In this document: positions 32,456-36,272 of the stretch, piece by piece | How the letters are laid out: each line of letters starts with the position of its first letter | Position numbering within the stretch: position 1 is the stretch's first letter | DNA from: Chromatiales bacterium | GTDB lineage: Bacteria; Pseudomonadota; Gammaproteobacteria; Chromatiales; Chromatiaceae | Length of the DNA: 36,272 nt | Assembly (NCBI GenBank): GCA_022360595.1 | Contig: JAKSCN010000617.1 | Location: 1-36,272 of the forward strand | Reading direction: 5' to 3' | Made by a program: the position numbers and the translations under genes | The notes under the pieces: generated by a model | Told to the model about the DNA's origin: nothing | Databases searched by the model: none | Seen by the model: the letters and a program-made list of their open reading frames with translations, nothing else

Positions 32456-34887
32456 ACTTTTTTACTCTTACTGCGCTTGCCCTTTTTCGTCTCTTTACGG
32501 GCGTTTTTGCTCTTATCCCTCTTTTTGGCCTGCTTCTTATCAGATGCCTTTTTGCGTTTTTTCTTAGGTTGCTCGGCCCGCTGCTCAACTTTCTTAGAGT
32601 TGGGCTTATTTGAGTTGGGGTTGGCGGCCTTGGCAACAGCTTTGGCTTTACGCTTTCGGGCTCGCCGTTTAGCAGCCGGCCCGGCTCCTTTACTATCCCT
32701 TTTCTCCACCAGTACGAAATCGAGTTTGCGCTCGTCCAGATTGACAGCAGCGACGGTAATACGTACGCGATCGCCAAGACGATAAACCTCGCCCGAGCGT
32801 TCGCCAGTCAGACGATGGCCGACGGGATCAAAGTGGTAGTAGTCCTTATCCAGCGAGGTGATGTGGACCAGACCATCCACATAAATCTCATCCAGCTCCA
32901 CAAAGATGCCAAACGAGGTGACACTGGTAATCGTACCGTCGAACGACTCGCCTATTTTATCCATCATGTATTCGCACTTCAGCCAAGAGACCACATCCCG
33001 GGTCGCCTCATCGGCCCGACGCTCGGTGGCGGAGCAGTGCTCGCCCAACGTCTCCAGCTCAGTCGCACCATACTCGAAGTCGTGTTTGTCTCCACCAGCA
33101 AGTAGATGTTTGATGGCGCGATGCACAACCAGATCAGGATAGCGACGGATGGGGGATGTGAAGTGAGTATAGGCAGGAAACGAGAGACCAAAGTGCCCTA
33201 TGTTGTCCGAACTGTAGACGGCCTGAGACATAGAGCGCAGCAGCACTGTCTGAATCAAGTGGGCATCGGGCCGGTCTTTCACTGAATTCAGTAGATCAGC
33301 ATAGTCCTTGGCATCGGGAGTATCGCCTCCCGCAAGAAACAGCCCCAGCTCCGCCAGAAACGCCCGCAGATCCTCCAGCCTATCGGCAGTTGGTCCTTCA
33401 TGAATGCGAAACAGCGCCGGCAGTTTTTTCCGTAATAGAAAACGCGCTGCTGCTACATTGGCAGCGAGCATACACTCTTCGATCAACCTATGGGCATCAT
33501 TGCGCACCAGCGGCACGATGGTATCGACCTTCTGCTGATCATTGAAAATGATGCGTGTCTCTGTGGTATCAAAATCGATGGCGCCGCGCACACTGCGCGA
33601 GCGATGCAGCACCTGATAGAGCGCATAAAGCTCATGCAAATGCGGTAACAGCTCAGCATATCGTTCGCACAACTTAGGATCGCCATCCAGCAGCATGGCG
33701 GCAACCTTGTCATAAGTCAGGCGCGCGTGAGACCGCATCACCCCTTCAAAAAAGCGGGAACGAGTGATTTTACCCGCGTGATCGATATGCATCTCGCAAA
33801 CCATGCAGAGACGATCGACATCGGGGTTGAGCGAACAGAGTCCGTTGGAGAGCACTTCGGGCAGCATGGGAATCACCCGATCCGGGAAATAGACAGAGTT
33901 CCCTCTGGCTCGGGCCTCCCGGTCAAGGGCGCTACCCGGCATCACATAGGCGGAGACATCAGCAATACAAACCAGCAGCTTCCAGCCTTTGGGTTTCTTC
34001 TCACAATAGACTGCATCATCAAAATCCCGGGCATCGGCGCCATCAATGGTAACCAGCGGCAGGCGACGCAGATCCACACGCCCTTGCGTCGCTTCTGCTG
34101 GTACTTCATCGCCAAACGCCAACACCTCATCGGCAACAGCTTCTGGCCACTCAACCGGTAACTCATGGGTTCTTATAGCGATATCAATCTCCATACCTGG
34201 GGCCATATGATCTCCCAGCACCTCAACAACCCGTCCAATCGGCGGCGAGCGCTTATTGGGCTGTTCAACAATCTCGGCAATCACCATCTGACCGTGGCCA
34301 GCGCCACCTTGGTCGTCGACGGGTATCACCAGATCCTGGTGGATGCGCTTATTATCGGGCACCACAAAGCCAACATTGCTTTCCAGGTAGATACGTCCCA
34401 CTACTTGGTGATTACCCCGCTCCAACACTTCGACAACAGCACCCTCTTTGCGCCCCCGGCGATCAACACCGACAATTCGCACCACCGCTTTATCACCATG
34501 CAGCAGAGGCCGCATGTTGCGGGGTGATAGAAACAGATCCTCGCCACCATCATCCGGCTTGAGGAAACCAAAACCGTCCGGATGGCCTATCACGCGCCCG
34601 GTAATCAAATCTTTGTGGTTTACCACACAGATACCGCCCCGGCGGTTGCGTACTACTTGACCATCACGCTCCATAGCATTGACACGACGGGACAACGCTT
34701 CGAGATCCTGCTCCTTATAGAGCCTCAACAGCTCAGCAAGCTCGACAAAACCGATCGGCGCACCGTACTCGGTCAACTGTTCGATAATGAACTCACGACT
34801 TGGAATGGGGTTGTCATACTTCTTTGCTTCCCCAGCCCGGTGCGGGTCAATTTGGCCTCTTTTGTTACTGTTGGATTCTCTTGCCAA
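32452..34887 (-). CDS. rnr: Ribonuclease R
   Basis: AGEAKKYDNPIPSREFIIEQL aligns with the E. coli RNase R N terminus (EREAEKYANPIPSREFILEHL). The RNB catalytic domain (..DDAVYCE..), an S1 domain and a Lys-rich tail are present. The track ORF (to 35097) extends through the opposite strand of the tRNA-Leu gene. I place the start at the TTG at 34887 (AGGA 8 nt upstream), giving 811 aa. The start remains uncertain. Confidence 0.9.
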   Translation of the reverse strand: MARESNSNKRGQIDPHRAGEAKKYDNPIPSREFIIEQLTEYGAPIGFVELAELLRLYKEQDLEALSRRVNAMERDGQVVRNRRGGICVVNHKDLITGRVIGHPDGFGFLKPDDGGEDLFLSPRNMRPLLHGDKAVVRIVGVDRRGRKEGAVVEVLERGNHQVVGRIYLESNVGFVVPDNKRIHQDLVIPVDDQGGAGHGQMVIAEIVEQPNKRSPPIGRVVEVLGDHMAPGMEIDIAIRTHELPVEWPEAVADEVLAFGDEVPAEATQGRVDLRRLPLVTIDGADARDFDDAVYCEKKPKGWKLLVCIADVSAYVMPGSALDREARARGNSVYFPDRVIPMLPEVLSNGLCSLNPDVDRLCMVCEMHIDHAGKITRSRFFEGVMRSHARLTYDKVAAMLLDGDPKLCERYAELLPHLHELYALYQVLHRSRSVRGAIDFDTTETRIIFNDQQKVDTIVPLVRNDAHRLIEECMLAANVAAARFLLRKKLPALFRIHEGPTADRLEDLRAFLAELGLFLAGGDTPDAKDYADLLNSVKDRPDAHLIQTVLLRSMSQAVYSSDNIGHFGLSFPAYTHFTSPIRRYPDLVVHRAIKHLLAGGDKHDFEYGATELETLGEHCSATERRADEATRDVVSWLKCEYMMDKIGESFDGTITSVTSFGIFVELDEIYVDGLVHITSLDKDYYHFDPVGHRLTGERSGEVYRLGDRVRITVAAVNLDERKLDFVLVEKRDSKGAGPAAKRRARKRKAKAVAKAANPNSNKPNSKKVEQRAEQPKKKRKKASDKKQAKKRDKSKNARKETKKGKRSKSKKV

Positions 34888-35005
34888 TGCTCTTTTCCTG
34901 ATAACTTTAAATTTCTTTGCATTGTAGCGTTGACAACCCCCTGCTGTCGCTGTAAAGTTCGCGTCCTCGGATGATTTGACGCCGATTGGCGGCAAAAGAT
35001 TCCAG

Positions 35006-35093
35006 GCCGAGGTGGTGAAATTGGTAGACACGCTAGCTTCAGGTGCTAGTGGGCGTTTAGCCCGTGGAGGTTCAAGTCCTCTCCTCGGCACCA
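35006..35093 (+). tRNA. tRNA-Leu (anticodon CAG), class II with long variable arm, CCA encoded
   Basis: The acceptor stem GCCGAGG/CCTCGGC is perfect. The anticodon stem is CTAGC/GCTAG with loop TTCAGGT (CAG). The variable arm is GGGC-GTTTA-GCCC. The T arm is GGAGG-TTCAAGT-CCTCT, followed by discriminator A and CCA. It is very similar to E. coli tRNA-Leu(CAG) as I recall it. Confidence 0.9.
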
Positions 35094-35101
35094 ACAAATA
35101 A

Positions 35102-35137
35102 AAGCCCTTAAGCTTTAATAGGTTAAGGGCTTTTTTC
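35102..35137 (+). terminator. Rho-independent terminator after tRNA-Leu
   Basis: AAGCCCTTAA-N11-TTAAGGGCTT forms a 10-bp stem running into TTTTTT. Confidence 0.8.
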
Positions 35138-35345
35138 TTGTCATCTTATATTTGACCTCTTGCCGCCAACAGGTCAGATTCAGCCAATCCGCAGCGGATA
35201 TCTATGAACTTTCTATCCCTTAAATTCATCAGATATCTTCCAACCAGATCTAATCTACTATCTCTTATTTCGGTATTAGATAAATCTGAATACTCACTGC
35301 TATCAAGATAAGCTTATAGCGGTTTCGTCTAACCTAGCACGCAGT

Positions 35346-35831
35346 CTACTTTTCCCGTTTAAGTGCTGTTATTTCATCTCGGACAAATTTAAGTTTGTCT
35401 CTTTCCACCTGAATTTTATCAGCGTAGGTCATCGATACTGCCTGCATCTCTTCCGAGATACTTTGCTCCCATGTGGCGCCGGCAAAGTTATTTTCGGCTC
35501 TCCTTTTCTTTCTTTCGAGCTTTTTCAGTTCGGCATCACGTTCGCGATCCAAGCGACTAATCTTCCGCTGCAGCGCACTCTCTTTTTTCTCTAGTCGTGT
35601 AATTTGATTTTTCCGCCCCACCTCATCAAGTGCGGCATTAATCTTTTCTGTTCTTTGGGTAGCGGCTTCCTTATAGGGAGCAGGCTGTTTTTTTATAGTT
35701 ATCTCTTGGGCATCGGGAGCACATGGACTCTGACTAAAAGTAGTTTTTCCATCTACTACACACTTATAAATTCCAGCATTGACGGAGAGAGGGAACAATA
35801 GAACAAGGGAGGTGAGTAGTCCGTATTTCAT
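35346..35831 (-). CDS. Secreted DUF4124-like protein with a C-terminal coiled coil
   Basis: From ATG 35831: MKYGLLTSLVLLFPLSVNA (signal peptide), then GIYKCVVDGKTTFSQSPC, which matches the DUF4124 pattern as I recall it. A Lys/Arg/Glu-rich coiled coil follows. G+C is lower than in the core genes (two counted lines from 35221 and 35581: 30% and 42%). Confidence 0.65.
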   Translation of the reverse strand: MKYGLLTSLVLLFPLSVNAGIYKCVVDGKTTFSQSPCAPDAQEITIKKQPAPYKEAATQRTEKINAALDEVGRKNQITRLEKKESALQRKISRLDRERDAELKKLERKKRRAENNFAGATWEQSISEEMQAVSMTYADKIQVERDKLKFVRDEITALKREK

Positions 35832-36216
35832 AGAGTCTCCATGCAATGAGTTGTGCTATTGCTGGCCATTTTATCAGCCGCTGAATCGAAGAGGAATAAG
35901 AAAGGGGGTTATTTAGCACATCATCATGACCAGCTACGCCACACTCCGTATTGTGCAATCTCATCTGCCAACCCATCAGAACTAGACTCAAACACTTCAT
36001 AAGACTTAGCACTTGAAAATTCCAAGTGGACAATTTTTGCTGGTTAAGTAATAGGCTGCACTTGAATGGGGGGATGGAAGGCGCCCCCTATCTCTGGCTT
36101 GCTCAACGAATTATCAAACACCGAAAACTCACTTATAGAAAATTATGTCTAAGCTTCCTGATATCTGGCGGTACCTTTCAACTACCGTCGAGGCAGTAGC
36201 CTAAAGGGGTCATGAC

Positions 36217-36272
36217 ATGAACGAACAAGCGGATACTCCAGCTACCACAGGGTTGCCCTGGCATGCCATGGG
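36217..36272 (+). CDS. Start of an unidentified ORF running off the right edge
   Basis: ATG at 36217 with AAGGGG 7 nt upstream. It reads MNEQADTPATTGLPWHAM.. with no stop before the window ends. It is too short to assign. Confidence 0.3.
   Translation, partial: MNEQADTPATTGLPWHAM

Noticed and set aside
35764-36033. An 89-aa minus-strand ORF overlapping the DUF4124 gene start.
   Set aside because: It overlaps the signal-peptide-encoding 5' end of a better-supported gene in another frame, has an odd composition, and has no start context.
1-36272. Search by eye for CRISPR arrays, tandem repeats, IS elements with inverted terminal repeats, integrases or transposases, rRNA, retron-like or toxin-antitoxin pairs.
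   Set aside because: I saw none. The only low-complexity DNA is the Lys-rich RNase R tail (about 32460..32700) and the Pro/Gln-rich FliK-like middle region, both coding.

Overview
This 36.3-kb window is almost fully coding and looks like proteobacterial (probably gammaproteobacterial) chromosome. G+C is in the mid-50s % by eye. All family calls come from reading the translations and recalling family motifs; no searches were run.

Gene content, left to right:
- 1..3167: a partial secreted FG-GAP/VCBS (CRTAC1/ASPIC-UnbV-like) protein that is missing from the ORF track, followed by a context-orphan lpxA.
- 3278..6918: rdgC, then a complete AmmeMemoRadiSam triad (radical SAM enzyme divergent from Memo-like and AMMECR1-like genes).
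- 6986..9846: a GYF_2-TM-pentapeptide protein, divergent from a translationally coupled pair of FliK-like and FlhB-C-terminal-fragment-like genes.
- 10040..12004: a non-flagellar wedge of three singly oriented genes: a low-GC DEDDh exonuclease, a SixA-like phosphatase with QHG instead of RHG, and a Ub-like/Mut7-C PIN-like nuclease.
- 12023..21893: a Pseudomonas/Vibrio-style polar-flagellum block on the minus strand, fleQ - fleS - fleR - fliE - fliF - fliG - fliH - fliI - fliJ. Readable sigma-54 -24/-12 promoters sit upstream of fleS and fliE.
- 22244..25449: a degenerate PilZ-like gene directly upstream of fleQ, a CNNM/CorC transporter, and a double-FHA plus canonical PilZ operon.
- 25475..34887: a conserved housekeeping block of radA, dnaB, rplI, a membrane protein, rpsR, rpsF, a DMT transporter, rlmB and rnr.
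- 35006..36272: tRNA-Leu(CAG) with a terminator, then a lower-GC flank carrying a DUF4124-like secreted protein.

I found no CRISPR array, IS element, transposase, integrase or rRNA.

The most interesting uncharacterised candidates are:
- the AmmeMemoRadiSam triad;
- the FliK-like/FlhB-CC-like pair with its GYF-pentapeptide neighbour;
- the PilZ and FHA genes around fleQ.
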